Part shown: positions 12,101 to 21,506 of the stretch, piece by piece
Layout of the letters: each line of letters opens with the position of its first letter
Position numbering within the stretch: position 1 is the first letter of the stretch
Origin: Candidatus Obscuribacteraceae bacterium
GTDB taxonomy: Bacteria; Cyanobacteriota; Vampirovibrionia; Obscuribacterales; Obscuribacteraceae
Assembly (NCBI GenBank): GCA_044229845.1
Contig: JBGASG010000010.1
Location: 64,001 to 128,000, forward strand
Direction: 5' to 3'
Length of the DNA stretch: 64,000 nt
The notes under the pieces: generated by a model
Database searches by the model: none
What the model saw: the letters and a program-made list of their open reading frames with translations, nothing else
Told to the model about the DNA's origin: nothing
Made by a program: the position numbers and the translations under genes

Positions 12101-13557
12101 GCGGCTTCTTCCTCTTCGGCTTTGCGCTTCGCTTCTTCTTCCTCGGCGGCGATGCGAGCCGCTTCATCTAGTTCGGCGATGCGCTTCGCTTCTTCCTCGG
12201 CAGCAATGCGCGCAGCTTCTTCCTCTTCGGCTTTGCGTTTCGCTTCTTCCTCGGCAGCAATGCGCGCAGCTTCTTCTTCGGCCTGGCGTTTTTCTTCCTC
12301 GGCGAGGCGAGCAGCTTCCTCATCAGCCAGGCGCGTCGCTTCTTCTTCGGCAGCCTTGCGCTCCGCTTCTTCTTCGGCAGCCTTGCGCTTCGCTTCTTCT
12401 TCGGCAGCCATGCGAGCGGCTTCTTCCTCAGCAGCTTTGCGCGCCACTTCTTCTTCGGCGGCTTTGCGAATCGCTTCCGCATCCGCCTGCGCCTTGGCGA
12501 TCGCCGCTTCAGCTGCCGCTTTGGCAGCAGCAGCCTCGGCCATAGCCTTGGCGGCAGCCGCTTCCGCCGCCGCTTGTGCCGCCGCAGCTTCGGCTGCCTT
12601 GGCGAGAGCCAGAGCTTCTGCAGCCTTCGCTGCCGCTACGGCTTCAGCTGCTTTGGCTGCAGCCAGTTCGCTGGCCGAAGGCATAGCATGCTCGCCGGTG
12701 GGTGCCGGTTTGGCAATTTCGCCGGTAGGAGAACTGGGAATGGTCGGTTTTAAAAGTTCACCGGTCGTCAGCGACGGCGGCTTCACGCTTTCGCCCGTGG
12801 TGGCGGTGCTGTCGGCCGGCGGCGCCGGCGGTGCCGGAGGCAGCGTCGGTTTCGTCACTTCGCCTGTAGCTTTCAACCATCTGCTGATGGCGTCTTCTGC
12901 GTCCGGGTCCGGCGCTGCCGACGACATAACATTGGCGCGCATGGCGGCTTCGCGTGCCCGCACCTCTGCAGTCAATCGCTCGGACGCCGCTCTCTCAGCG
13001 GCTTCCTCAGCGGCTTTCTGCGCGGCGGCCCGCTCTGCCTGCCGCTTCGCGGCGACTTCCGCCGGGTCGGGTGGCGGGGGTCCGAGCTTGGCTATCTCCG
13101 CCGGCGCATTGACATCAATTTGCTCGAGCGGCACACCTGTCTGCAGCAGCAAACGATGGAAGTAACCCAGCGCCACTTTGGACTCTTTCGACCTGGCGGT
13201 AGGGACCAGGCAAAGAACAGCGTTGTAGTAAATGCGGGCGGCTTCCAGCATCTCGCCCTTGTATTTCTTCATTTCCGCGAGGGCGAAGAGGTCCATGAAG
13301 ATGCAGGGTTCGTTCCAGGGATGGCGGGTGAGGTTGGTGAAAAGAGATTGGTCGAGGAGGAATGCCGCTTTGTCGAAATCACCGACAGCAAAATAAATCT
13401 GTCCGAGGAAGCTCAAAGCAGACGCCAGACGATAATCATCCGCCTGGAAGTTTTTCTGCGCGAATTCAATTGCTTGTTTGAGCTGTAATTGAGCTCTGAC
13501 GAATTGCCGCTTCTCCGCAGCAAGCGTGCCGCTCTTTACATATCCGTCCCAGGACAT
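9190..13557 (-). CDS. Very large TPR-like / charged single-alpha-helix repeat / Pro-rich / TPR-like protein
   Basis: ~1455-aa ORF (ATG 13557 or GTG 13563); TPR-like termini (LASALSFLGQIYFAVGDFDKA; ACCYAEQDKFQVAERTY), central E/A/K/R repeats. Confidence 0.8.
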   Translation of the reverse strand: MSWDGYVKSGTLAAEKRQFVRAQLQLKQAIEFAQKNFQADDYRLASALSFLGQIYFAVGDFDKAAFLLDQSLFTNLTRHPWNEPCIFMDLFALAEMKKYKGEMLEAARIYYNAVLCLVPTARSKESKVALGYFHRLLLQTGVPLEQIDVNAPAEIAKLGPPPPDPAEVAAKRQAERAAAQKAAEEAAERAASERLTAEVRAREAAMRANVMSSAAPDPDAEDAISRWLKATGEVTKPTLPPAPPAPPADSTATTGESVKPPSLTTGELLKPTIPSSPTGEIAKPAPTGEHAMPSASELAAAKAAEAVAAAKAAEALALAKAAEAAAAQAAAEAAAAKAMAEAAAAKAAAEAAIAKAQADAEAIRKAAEEEVARKAAEEEAARMAAEEEAKRKAAEEEAERKAAEEEATRLADEEAARLAEEEKRQAEEEAARIAAEEEAKRKAEEEEAARIAAEEEAKRIAELDEAARIAAEEEEAKRKAEEEEAARIAAEEEAKRKAEEEEAARIAAEEEAKRKAEEEEAARIAAEEEAKRKAEEEEAARIAAEEEAKRKAEEEEAARIAAEEEAKRQAEEEEAARIEALKEAARKLAEEEAEAKRREAEEEARRKTFEEEERRRLAQEETLRKAAEELARKKAADLAKREADQIAARKAAAEEAARKAAADEAARRAAEEEGFRKAAEEAYLRAKAAEEEAARLKAEEEAAAVRRAQEEAEAAIRAAEEAAAAARAAEEAAIRAAEEAAAAKAAEEAAAARAAEEAARAAEEAARAAEEAAARAAEEAAAKAAEEAAAKAAEEAAAKAAEEAAARAAEEAAAKAAEEAAAKAAEEAAAKAAEEAAAKAAEEAAAAAHAAQEVAAQNGGSEVVHASTATATAVREAPATTAPGDGPAAPAAGAPPATTPAKAGGVSAAQGLAILKAAKSFKPIQKNAQPPDDAQSPAASAAPPALNPIAVPAAEAPPPVTPPPAPPDSELQTPTPPAQPGGGDDPLVPSWMAALQHDQSAVNKGPTPAAPKEPEKDDLDLALDAAFAKVEKEAAEAFAAKKAKEQADVQAEKAQSAAEAATQRAEREAAEAASAWADEQMANELARAAKAAAEAAAANAEKELADVEKAKQEQESLAAIAKVSGNGPDFDPNETVPPGTVVPILLNVPPPADEEEADIPIPQKVLTTDPDAISTLSGPPIPAAPLASQVTSEALEDARTWWRQQLESGLQKLNEDKTESDVDAYSTLEQALRVAWEIFPSSDMRIVQNLMPLAIAAKKLRLFQVAEQLYDSAEAIAISQPRRSATDLALIKAQAACCYAEQDKFQVAERTYVEALGLNADLSDAVLEQLAIVNATLEQMRVRAKAVRQSLELMKQAESSGRQGQYQEADELYNKAFVAIRNAYNRYHTTMPDLLDRRSAIVRKLGDTAEAKKLEQMARKVETFISEDADRWEFITGDLYEPELRSRTGNPLPDE
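11020..11260 (-). repeat. 24-nt coding tandem repeat (KAAEEAAA), about 10 copies
   Basis: Unit GGCAGCAGCTTCTTCGGCGGCYTT on + strand, in frame within the 9190-13557 CDS. Confidence 0.85.
11831..12270 (-). repeat. 54-nt coding tandem repeat (RIAAEEEAKRKAEEEEAA), about 8 copies
   Basis: Units start at 11831, 11885, 11939, 11993, 12047, 12101, then degenerate copies. Confidence 0.85.
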
Positions 13558-13668
13558 CGTCACCTACCCTTCCATATAGGCGTTATACCCCGACTTTTCG
13601 CATGACTTCACCGAAAATCTCCAGGTCTTGCATTCATCTTTTTCCACATACAGATAAAATCTGTTGTC

Positions 13669-14658
13669 ATGCTCTACGGAGATATTTCGGCGGAAGACAT
13701 TCGGCAGGCGGGCGAACGCCTGGCGGGAAAAGTCGTCCAGACCCCCATACGCACGAGTTCCTGGCTCTCCTCCGCCACCGGTGCTGACATCTTCTTGAAA
13801 CTCGAGAATCTGCAAATCACCGGCTCGTTCAAGTATAGAGGTGCGTTGAATTGCCTGTCGGTTTTGTGGGCACAAGAGCAGCAAAAAGTTGTTACAGCAT
13901 CCGCTGGCAATCATGCTCTTGGTATTGCAGAGGCAGCCCGATCGACTGACATGCAAGCCACCATTTGCGTGCCTCGCACGATTGCCGGCAGCAAGCTTGA
14001 GAAACTGCAGCGGTACGGCTGCACGGTTATTCAAGAAGGCGACGACAGTCTGGCTCCGGAACTATATGCGCGCGGGCTGGCAGCCGCGCACAAAGACCTT
14101 TGCTACGTTTCGCCTTACAACGATCCGCTGGTGATCGCTGGACAGGGAACGGTGGCGCTGGAGATTTTGCGAGCCGTTCCCGAAGTGAAGACTATTGTGG
14201 TCGCCGTCGGCGGCGGCGGACTGGTGTCCGGAGTGGCCCTGGCTGCGCGCGATCACAATCCGAACATCCGCATTGTGGGCGTGGTGGCAGAGAATTCTCC
14301 GGTGATGAAGACGTGCGTCGAAGCCGGTGCGATTATCGCGGTCGGCGAGACTCCGACTATTGCGGACACCATCGCCGGCAACATCGAGAAAGGCAGCATC
14401 ACATTTCCCGTTGCTCGCGATCTGGTCGACGAGTGGGTGGCAGTGCCGGAGCACCTGATCAGGCAAGCGATGTTCGAGTTTTTGACGCACGAGCGCATGT
14501 TGATTGAGGGCTCAGCGGCTGCGGCAATCGCGTGCGTGTCTAGAAAGATGGTGGCGTTTCAACCCTCAGAAAAAGTGGCTGTCATCGTATGTGGTGGCAA
14601 CGTGGCGACTGAGATATGGCACGACGTCTGTCGCGAATATCTACCACATAGCAGTTAG
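13669..14658 (+). CDS. PLP-dependent threonine/serine dehydratase-family enzyme lacking a C-terminal regulatory domain
   Basis: FLKLENLQITGSFKYRGA (PLP Lys), SAGNHA, VGGGGL, CGGN. Confidence 0.9.
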   Translation: MLYGDISAEDIRQAGERLAGKVVQTPIRTSSWLSSATGADIFLKLENLQITGSFKYRGALNCLSVLWAQEQQKVVTASAGNHALGIAEAARSTDMQATICVPRTIAGSKLEKLQRYGCTVIQEGDDSLAPELYARGLAAAHKDLCYVSPYNDPLVIAGQGTVALEILRAVPEVKTIVVAVGGGGLVSGVALAARDHNPNIRIVGVVAENSPVMKTCVEAGAIIAVGETPTIADTIAGNIEKGSITFPVARDLVDEWVAVPEHLIRQAMFEFLTHERMLIEGSAAAAIACVSRKMVAFQPSEKVAVIVCGGNVATEIWHDVCREYLPHSS

Positions 14659-14740
14659 AGGAACGCGGGATTCCGGTGATTAAGTTAGTGGTGGCATATA
14701 CGCACCACGACTCCGGTACCGAACGTATTTGATCTGTCAA

Positions 14741-15439
14741 CTAGTCGGCGACGATTACGAGGTTGCCGCCAGCTTCCTTAGCTTCAATGAGAGCTTCGCT
14801 GGCCGCTTCTAAGAGACTTTGCGGATCGCAGCTATGCTTCGGATAACAGGTGACTGAGAGTGTCGCCGTCACGTGAATGATTTTGCCGGAACGCGGATCG
14901 CGCAATTCCAGGGCTTCCACCCGGCGCCGCACGCGTTCTGCAACTGCCTTTGCGCCTTCCGAATCAGTTTCGTGAAGGACAGCCACCAGTTCTTCTCCAC
15001 CCCATCTTGCCGGCATATCAATTTCCCGGACAGAGGTGCGCAAAATATTGGACACTTCGATCAAAACTTTGTCGCCAATTTCGTGACCATAGCGAAGATT
15101 GATGTCTCGCATCCCATCGATGTCGACGAGCATCAGTGACAACGAATAACCCAGGCGCAAAGCGCGTTTAAGCGAATGGGTCAGGTGCTCCTTGAAGATG
15201 TGTCGGTTGGGGAGCCCCGTCAGAAGGTCTTTGCCCGCAAGCTCTTGCAGCCGTGCTTCGGCATTGGCGAGTGCGTGACGCAGACGGTCGATTTCGCGGT
15301 CTTTTTCTTTCAGAATTTTGTCCGTGACGGAAGACGCCATGGACGGTGTGTTCTGCATTTTTTTCATCTGTTGCTCCGCCACCCGATGGTGGGATGTGCC
15401 ATTGATGCGCTGCAACATTTGAGTTAGCCGTGTTTTCAT
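14741..15439 (-). CDS. Diguanylate cyclase (coiled coil + GGDEF domain)
   Basis: DLLTGLPNR, DIDxxxxIN, YGHEIGD, RxxD I-site (REID) and RWGGEEL active-site variant. Confidence 0.88.
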   Translation of the reverse strand: MKTRLTQMLQRINGTSHHRVAEQQMKKMQNTPSMASSVTDKILKEKDREIDRLRHALANAEARLQELAGKDLLTGLPNRHIFKEHLTHSLKRALRLGYSLSLMLVDIDGMRDINLRYGHEIGDKVLIEVSNILRTSVREIDMPARWGGEELVAVLHETDSEGAKAVAERVRRRVEALELRDPRSGKIIHVTATLSVTCYPKHSCDPQSLLEAASEALIEAKEAGGNLVIVAD

Positions 15440-15623
15440 TTAATTCCAAACCCCAGCTTTTTGGAACGTGAGGCCCAAACGGTCAGCCTGTCGGGTTCTT
15501 CGCTCATCGCCCACATTATCTGTAGGTTTTGAGTTCCCGCTCGACAACTATTTAGTAGCCGAAGTTATATTAACGCCACTTAGGATTAATTACTAGCAAT
15601 ATAGGGGGGATAATCCCACGAAT

Positions 15624-16787
15624 TTAATTAACAGGTACTCTCGTGACCTCGGTACTGTTGCCCTGATCCAGGAGTACTAACCAATATTTATGTTTAGGAC
15701 TGGCCACGTCAAAAGTCATCGCCGCCTGCTCTGATGTATTCGGAGAGACCTTCTTCGAGCGCATTGCGATATTCGTCATGCCCAGCGATGGATAGTAGAG
15801 CACCTTCGTGTCGGACATAACGACCAGATTGGCCAGGCTGAACTCCTTATTTGTCCGGTTGTCGAGTGCAAATTCGACCCGCAGGAGTCGGGAACGTTTG
15901 TCGCCGTACTGGTCCGGCTGAAACTGGGCCTTTTTGACCACAATATCCAGGTTAGCCAGTTTGTTTGGCTCCGGCTCCGCCGACGGCAAAGCGTTTGGAT
16001 TGAACGTAGGCAGTGAAATAGGCGCGACCACTCTGAATTTGGCGGCTTCACCGGTGAAATTGGTTGAAATTTTGCCTTTGCGCCAGAGCGCGGCAATCAG
16101 ACCGATGGTGGCACCGGCGCCGGCACCGATGGCCACGGAATAGCCGTGGCTGGCCACCGCCAGTGGAATCCCGGTCAATTGCACGGACATCAGCGCGCCT
16201 CCGACAGCGCCCTGAGAGACCATTCTGGTATCGGTGACCAGGTGCTTCGCGACGGTCTTGGCGGTGGATTCGCCCGTCGACACGGATGCATCGACAGGGA
16301 TCACATACTTACCGTCAGGACTGACGAGCTTGTCGAATTTCACCTCGACGTAGCCGTTGCGTCCCAGGCGGCGCTGCCCTTCGACACGCGTCACCTTGCC
16401 GAGCACAAACCATTGCCCGGGTAGGACAACCTTGTCTTTGTCTTTGACGTCCATGCTGACCGCACCCACCACCTGATCGCCGACCTGGCTGACTTCGGAG
16501 TTGACTGTCGTATTGAGCGTCAAGTTTACTGATGTACCCTCCGGAACCACCTGCGGAGGGGCATCTTCGATGATCGGAGAGACATACTCCGACACTCCAC
16601 CCTGCAGACGCGGTTTAGGAGCCGCGACATCACCAGTGGTGGCGGCGTTGCCTGTCGCGCCGGTGGTGGCATCGGCGGCAATTACCGGAACAGTTGCCGC
16701 CAGCAAAACAATTGCGGCAGCGAATGGTGGCAGAATTCGGGTGGCCAATTTCACGTTTCTTCGCTCATGCCAAGCGCTGAAGGACAT
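15624..16787 (-). CDS. Secreted/envelope protein: TrbI/VirB10-like beta domain, glycine zipper, C-terminal Ig-like domain
   Basis: Signal peptide; VPEGTSVNLTLNTTVNSEVSQVGD...VLGKVTRVE; GAVGGA / AIGAGAGATIG glycine zipper. Confidence 0.55.
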   Translation of the reverse strand: MSFSAWHERRNVKLATRILPPFAAAIVLLAATVPVIAADATTGATGNAATTGDVAAPKPRLQGGVSEYVSPIIEDAPPQVVPEGTSVNLTLNTTVNSEVSQVGDQVVGAVSMDVKDKDKVVLPGQWFVLGKVTRVEGQRRLGRNGYVEVKFDKLVSPDGKYVIPVDASVSTGESTAKTVAKHLVTDTRMVSQGAVGGALMSVQLTGIPLAVASHGYSVAIGAGAGATIGLIAALWRKGKISTNFTGEAAKFRVVAPISLPTFNPNALPSAEPEPNKLANLDIVVKKAQFQPDQYGDKRSRLLRVEFALDNRTNKEFSLANLVVMSDTKVLYYPSLGMTNIAMRSKKVSPNTSEQAAMTFDVASPKHKYWLVLLDQGNSTEVTRVPVN

Positions 16788-17011
16788 AGCCTAACTGCTT
16801 GCCTCTAGAATGACAAGAAGAAGTTGTAAACATTTGAACGAAAGTTCATTAGAAGCGGCATTTCGTCTCATAAACAGGCGTCGACAAAGCCTGTTGGCAA
16901 CCCTTGATAGCGTCGAAACCTGCCGTCATCGGTTCGCTGATATCTGTCGTGTCGCGCACCGTCGACGATACCACCAGCGAGCGCAGCAGCGACACACCAC
17001 CTGCAGTACCA

Positions 17012-17257
17012 TCAAACACTATACCAGACAGGCTGGAGCCGGCATCCCAATAGCTTTTCGAGCGCGCGAAAATCGGGCAGATACCCGCGCTTTCCGCAGC
17101 ACGGCAGGGTTACTTGCAACGTCGGATCCGAAGCTGTTGATTCCAATGCCTCGTATCTTTCGTAAAAGCCACGCAGGGATGCCATCGCTCTGTCGATGGC
17201 GGACTGGTCCGGAACGTATTGCGGATCAGCTGATACAAGGTATAACCCGTAGTCCAT
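17012..17257 (-). CDS. Small hypothetical protein (81 aa, PCCG motif)
   Basis: AGGAG RBS 5 nt before ATG 17257; MDYGLYLVSADPQYVPD...LPCCG...LEKLLGCRLQPVW. Confidence 0.5.
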   Translation of the reverse strand: MDYGLYLVSADPQYVPDQSAIDRAMASLRGFYERYEALESTASDPTLQVTLPCCGKRGYLPDFRALEKLLGCRLQPVWYSV

Positions 17258-17432
17258 AATTTCTCCTGGCGTCTGCGATTGCCCCCCTGCAACCGCCAAC
17301 GACAAGGTACAGCCATTCCAAAGGAATTGTGAAAATATGAGCAGGCGCTCATCAAGTACCCCATAATTAGTTTCGGAGGATGCCGGGAGGGCATACTACG
17401 CTCACCTCGCGCCCAGGACTCAAGGACAGCAT

Positions 17433-20093
17433 ATGAATCTGGAAAAATTCACCCACAAAGCTCAGGAAGCGGTAACTAACTGCCAGACAATCTTGGCGCG
17501 ATTCGGGCATGCACAAGTGCAACCCGAACACCTGCTGCTTTCCCTTATGGAACAGCAGGACGGACTGGCGCCGAAGATCATTACTGCGTGCGGCGGTAAC
17601 CCCGAGACGATCACCGAGGAAGTGACGCGCTACTTAGGCACCTTACCGAAAACATCTTCGGTCAGCTTCAAGAAAGACGAGATTCACGTTTCCTCCAAAT
17701 TAATTGCCGAATTAGAAGAAGCAGGCAAAGAAGCCGAGAAGCTCAAAGACCAGTTTGTCAGTGTCGAACACTTGATGATGGCCCTGTGCGATACGTCCAA
17801 GTCGCAAGCCGGCAGCATCCTCAAACAAAACGGTATTACAAGAGATCGCATCTTCCAGACCTTGACCAAGATTCGTGGTGCACAAGGAGTCACCAGCCAG
17901 GATCCCGAAGCAACTTACGAAGCATTGAAACGCTATAGCCGCGACCTCACCGAAGCCGCCGCCGCCGGCAAACTCGATCCGGTAATCGGGCGCGATGAAG
18001 AAATTCGTCGCATCATGCAAGTGCTGTCACGGCGCACGAAAAACAATCCGGTGCTCGTCGGTGAACCGGGCGTGGGAAAAACGGCCATCGTAGAAGGGCT
18101 TGCTCAGCGAATTACCAAGGGCGACGTTCCCGAACAATTGAAGAACAAGAAACTCTTGTCGCTTGATATGGGTTCTTTGATCGCCGGCGCTAAGTATCGG
18201 GGCGAATTCGAAGAGCGACTGAAGGCAGTTCTCAGCGAAGTGATTCAAGCTGCCGGCAAAATCATTCTATTTATTGATGAATTGCACACCGTGGTCGGCG
18301 CCGGCTCCTCCGGCGAAGGCTCCATGGATGCGGGAAATTTGCTGAAACCGCCACTGGCGCGCGGCGAATTGCATTGCATCGGTGCCACCACCCTCGATGA
18401 ATATCGAAAGTACATCGAAAAGGATCCAGCTCTGGAACGCCGCTTCCAAACCGTATTAGTGGAAGAGCCCTCGGTCGAAGACACGATCTCCATCTTGCGC
18501 GGTCTCAAAGAGCGTTACGAAGTACATCACGGCGTGCGGATCAAAGATTCCGCACTGGTGGGAGCGGCCGTACTTTCGCATCGTTATATAACTGATCGCG
18601 CCATGCCCGACAAAGCTATCGACTTGATCGACGAGGCTGCAGCCAAGATGCGCATCGAGATCGACTCGATGCCAGCGGAGCTCGACGAACTGGAACGCCG
18701 CAAAATCCAACTGGAGATCGAACGCGAAGCCCTCAAGAAGGAAACTGATCAAGGTTCGCGAGAAAGGCTGGAACGCATCGAGCGCGAACTGGCGGAAATT
18801 AGGGAGAAAGCTGATGGACTGCGCGCTCAATGGCAATCTGAAAAAGATGCGTTGAACAAGTTGCAGATGCTGAAGGCCGAAAAGGAAGCCATAAACGTGC
18901 AGATTGAACAGGCCGAGCGGGCCACCGATCTGGCTCGGGCCGCCGAGTTGAAATACAGCACGCTCATGGAGATTGAAAAGCAGATCAAAGAGGCTGAAGA
19001 TCACTTCTTGAAGAAACGCGGACCGCGCCTTTTGTCGCAAGAAGTAAGCGAGGACGATATCGCGGAAATCGTCTCGAAGTGGACCGGTATCCCGGTCACC
19101 AAGCTGCTCGAGGGCGAAGTACAAAAACTGCTGCGCCTGGAAGAGCACCTACACAAACGCGTCATCGGGCAAGAAGAAGCAATCGTCGTGGTATCAAATG
19201 CAGTGCGGCGCGCCCGGGCTGGTTTAAAAGATCCCCACCGACCGATCGGTAGTTTCCTCTTCTTAGGCCCAACCGGAGTAGGAAAAACCGAACTGGCAAA
19301 GGCGCTGGCAGAGTTTCTTTTCGACGATGACCAGGCGATGGTACGCATCGACATGTCCGAATATCAAGAACGTCACACGGTCGCCCGACTGATCGGAGCA
19401 CCGCCTGGATATGTCGGATACGACGAAGGCGGTCAACTCACCGAAGCGGTGCGCAGACGTCCATACTCCTGCGTGCTGTTCGATGAAATCGAAAAAGCCC
19501 ACGGCGATGTTTTCAACGTCTTGCTGCAAGTTCTCGACGAAGGACACCTGACCGACTCCAAAGGACGCCAGGTCGACTTCAAAAATACAGTCTTGATCAT
19601 GACGTCAAACATCGGCAGTCAACACATCTTGCAGTATCAAATGGAAGCCTCGACCAAAGGCGAAGTGGCGTACGATGCCATGAAAGAGCGCGTCCTGGAA
19701 GCGCTGCGCGAACACTTCCGTCCGGAGTTCTTGAACCGTATCGACGAAACGGTCGTCTTCCATGCCCTCACCGCGGCCGAACTAAAATACATTGTCGACC
19801 TGCAGATTCAGTTCCTCAATCGCCGACTGGAAGAGCGCAAAATCAGATTGGAGCCCACCGAGGCCGCGCGCGAATGGCTGGCTAAGGTCGGTTACGATCC
19901 GATGTACGGCGCTCGCCCGCTCAAGCGGCTGATCCAGAAAGAAATCGAGAACCCGCTCGCGTTGAAGATGCTGGAAGGCAGTTTCGCCGACGGCGACACG
20001 ATCCTAATCGATGCCCAACCAGACGCTGACGACCTGATCTTCACAAAATCCGATTCGGCAGCACCGATGGTAGCTTCTCCGGCGACGGCATGA
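17433..20093 (+). CDS. clpB: ATP-dependent disaggregase ClpB
   Basis: Two AAA+ modules ([16 protein letters not shown]), middle coiled coil, [14 protein letters not shown]. Confidence 0.97.
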   Translation: MNLEKFTHKAQEAVTNCQTILARFGHAQVQPEHLLLSLMEQQDGLAPKIITACGGNPETITEEVTRYLGTLPKTSSVSFKKDEIHVSSKLIAELEEAGKEAEKLKDQFVSVEHLMMALCDTSKSQAGSILKQNGITRDRIFQTLTKIRGAQGVTSQDPEATYEALKRYSRDLTEAAAAGKLDPVIGRDEEIRRIMQVLSRRTKNNPVLVGEPGVGKTAIVEGLAQRITKGDVPEQLKNKKLLSLDMGSLIAGAKYRGEFEERLKAVLSEVIQAAGKIILFIDELHTVVGAGSSGEGSMDAGNLLKPPLARGELHCIGATTLDEYRKYIEKDPALERRFQTVLVEEPSVEDTISILRGLKERYEVHHGVRIKDSALVGAAVLSHRYITDRAMPDKAIDLIDEAAAKMRIEIDSMPAELDELERRKIQLEIEREALKKETDQGSRERLERIERELAEIREKADGLRAQWQSEKDALNKLQMLKAEKEAINVQIEQAERATDLARAAELKYSTLMEIEKQIKEAEDHFLKKRGPRLLSQEVSEDDIAEIVSKWTGIPVTKLLEGEVQKLLRLEEHLHKRVIGQEEAIVVVSNAVRRARAGLKDPHRPIGSFLFLGPTGVGKTELAKALAEFLFDDDQAMVRIDMSEYQERHTVARLIGAPPGYVGYDEGGQLTEAVRRRPYSCVLFDEIEKAHGDVFNVLLQVLDEGHLTDSKGRQVDFKNTVLIMTSNIGSQHILQYQMEASTKGEVAYDAMKERVLEALREHFRPEFLNRIDETVVFHALTAAELKYIVDLQIQFLNRRLEERKIRLEPTEAAREWLAKVGYDPMYGARPLKRLIQKEIENPLALKMLEGSFADGDTILIDAQPDADDLIFTKSDSAAPMVASPATA

Positions 20094-21505
20094 ATCTCAT
20101 CAGACACGGCATTGTCTTTTTGATTGCCGGCTTTCTAGTGACGGGCGGCGGTCTCGTTTCAGTCCATGCCAGCGAGTCCGCTGCCGGCAGTTCGATCAAA
20201 GACAAGTGGGCAGTGCTGATTGGCGTCAGCAAATTCGAGAATGCGCAGATTCCGACTCTCAAATATCCGGCCAAAGACGCCAGAGATCTCGCCGACTTCC
20301 TGGTCGCATCGGGAAATTTCAAACGAGATCACATCCTCCTGCTCACTGACGAGCTAGCGACGCGCGAAAACATACTTGATGCATTCGGCGACGGCTGGCT
20401 TCCCAAGCGAGTTCTGGAAGACGACCTGGTGCTGGTCTATGTTTCTTCTCACGGTAGCGCCGTCGATAATCGAGGCAACAACTTTATCATTGCGCACGAT
20501 ACCGACCCGGAAAAACCATTTGCGACTGGTATCAAACTGCAGACTCTGCTCAAAGATGTGACGGAGCGTACCGGCTGTCAGCGCGTGGTGCTCATGCTGG
20601 ATGCCTGCCACAGCGGCACCGCCACCGCCGATGCAAAAGGATTGACCAGAAACGGCATCGACCCCACCACCTATGTCGGCACCGGACAGGTGGTAATCAG
20701 TTCCAGCAAACCAGAACAAGTGTCATGGGAATCGAAGCGCTACAAAAATGGTGTGTTTACTCACCAGTTGATGAAAGCTCTGCAGAGCAAGGGTGCAGAA
20801 ACAAAGATCGATGATGCCTACTCCGCCCTCAAAGATGGGGTGGAAGCCGAGGTGCGTTTCGATCGCACCGTCGCGCAAACACCGCTTCTGCTCAGCAAAT
20901 GGCAGGGTCCACCGCTGGCTCTTCTGGCGCCGCCTACCAGTCCAAGAGTCGTACCCAGCGAGTCGCCACCGCCGGCGCCACCACCTCGCGCACAGCCCGC
21001 CGCCAGCGTCGCCCGCACAACTCAGATTCCGGCACCGACGACGACACCCGTTAATGTTAATAAGCCGCCAGTCAGACCGGCCACCAGCTCGGCCTCGCTC
21101 ACTTCGCCGCCATCAGCCAACTCCGGCAAGTATCCATATCTTCTGCGCCGCCCGATGATGACCACCGACTGGCGAGCAAGCGGAGGTGATCCGACCCTGG
21201 AAAGTGGCACGCGATTGATCACCGAGGACGAACTGGCGGGGATGAATCAGCTGCAAGTCGAGTGCGTCCTTAACGAACCGTTTGCCCGGCACGGACGTCA
21301 GTTTCTCACCCGAGGCATTCAAGATTACTTCAACGCTCAACCCTGGTATTCTGCGGACCCTGATTACCACTGGCGGGCCGACGATCCGCAGGTGCAAGCC
21401 CGCGGCTCGGACGATTCCCGCATCATCACCCCTAAACGCACCCCGAAGCAAGCTGCCAACATCGCGCTTTGCAAGAAAGTGCGCGCCAGGGTAATGGGTC
21501 GCTAG
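20090..21505 (+). CDS. Secreted caspase-like (C14) peptidase with C-terminal YARHG domain
   Basis: Signal peptide; [15 protein letters not shown] (His), DACHSG (Cys); Pro-rich linker; [11 protein letters not shown]...[14 protein letters not shown] overlap with clpB. Confidence 0.85.
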   Translation: MNLIRHGIVFLIAGFLVTGGGLVSVHASESAAGSSIKDKWAVLIGVSKFENAQIPTLKYPAKDARDLADFLVASGNFKRDHILLLTDELATRENILDAFGDGWLPKRVLEDDLVLVYVSSHGSAVDNRGNNFIIAHDTDPEKPFATGIKLQTLLKDVTERTGCQRVVLMLDACHSGTATADAKGLTRNGIDPTTYVGTGQVVISSSKPEQVSWESKRYKNGVFTHQLMKALQSKGAETKIDDAYSALKDGVEAEVRFDRTVAQTPLLLSKWQGPPLALLAPPTSPRVVPSESPPPAPPPRAQPAASVARTTQIPAPTTTPVNVNKPPVRPATSSASLTSPPSANSGKYPYLLRRPMMTTDWRASGGDPTLESGTRLITEDELAGMNQLQVECVLNEPFARHGRQFLTRGIQDYFNAQPWYSADPDYHWRADDPQVQARGSDDSRIITPKRTPKQAANIALCKKVRARVMGR

Positions 21506-21506
21506 A

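Noticed and set aside
11020..12270. Regular repeats as a possible CRISPR array
   Set aside because: Head-to-tail units in multiples of 3 with no unique spacers, inside a CDS; no cas genes in the window.
10753..13165. Long + strand ORFs (472, 475, 270 aa) and alternative - frames over the repeat region
   Set aside because: Shadows of the low-complexity A/E/K/R CDS, whose codons rarely create stops in other frames.
16810..17259. 149-aa + strand ORF
   Set aside because: No RBS, Arg-rich atypical composition, overlaps a better-supported minus ORF.
17260..17432. CIRCE (HrcA) element upstream of clpB
   Set aside because: No TTAGCACTC-N9-GAGTGCTAA match seen.
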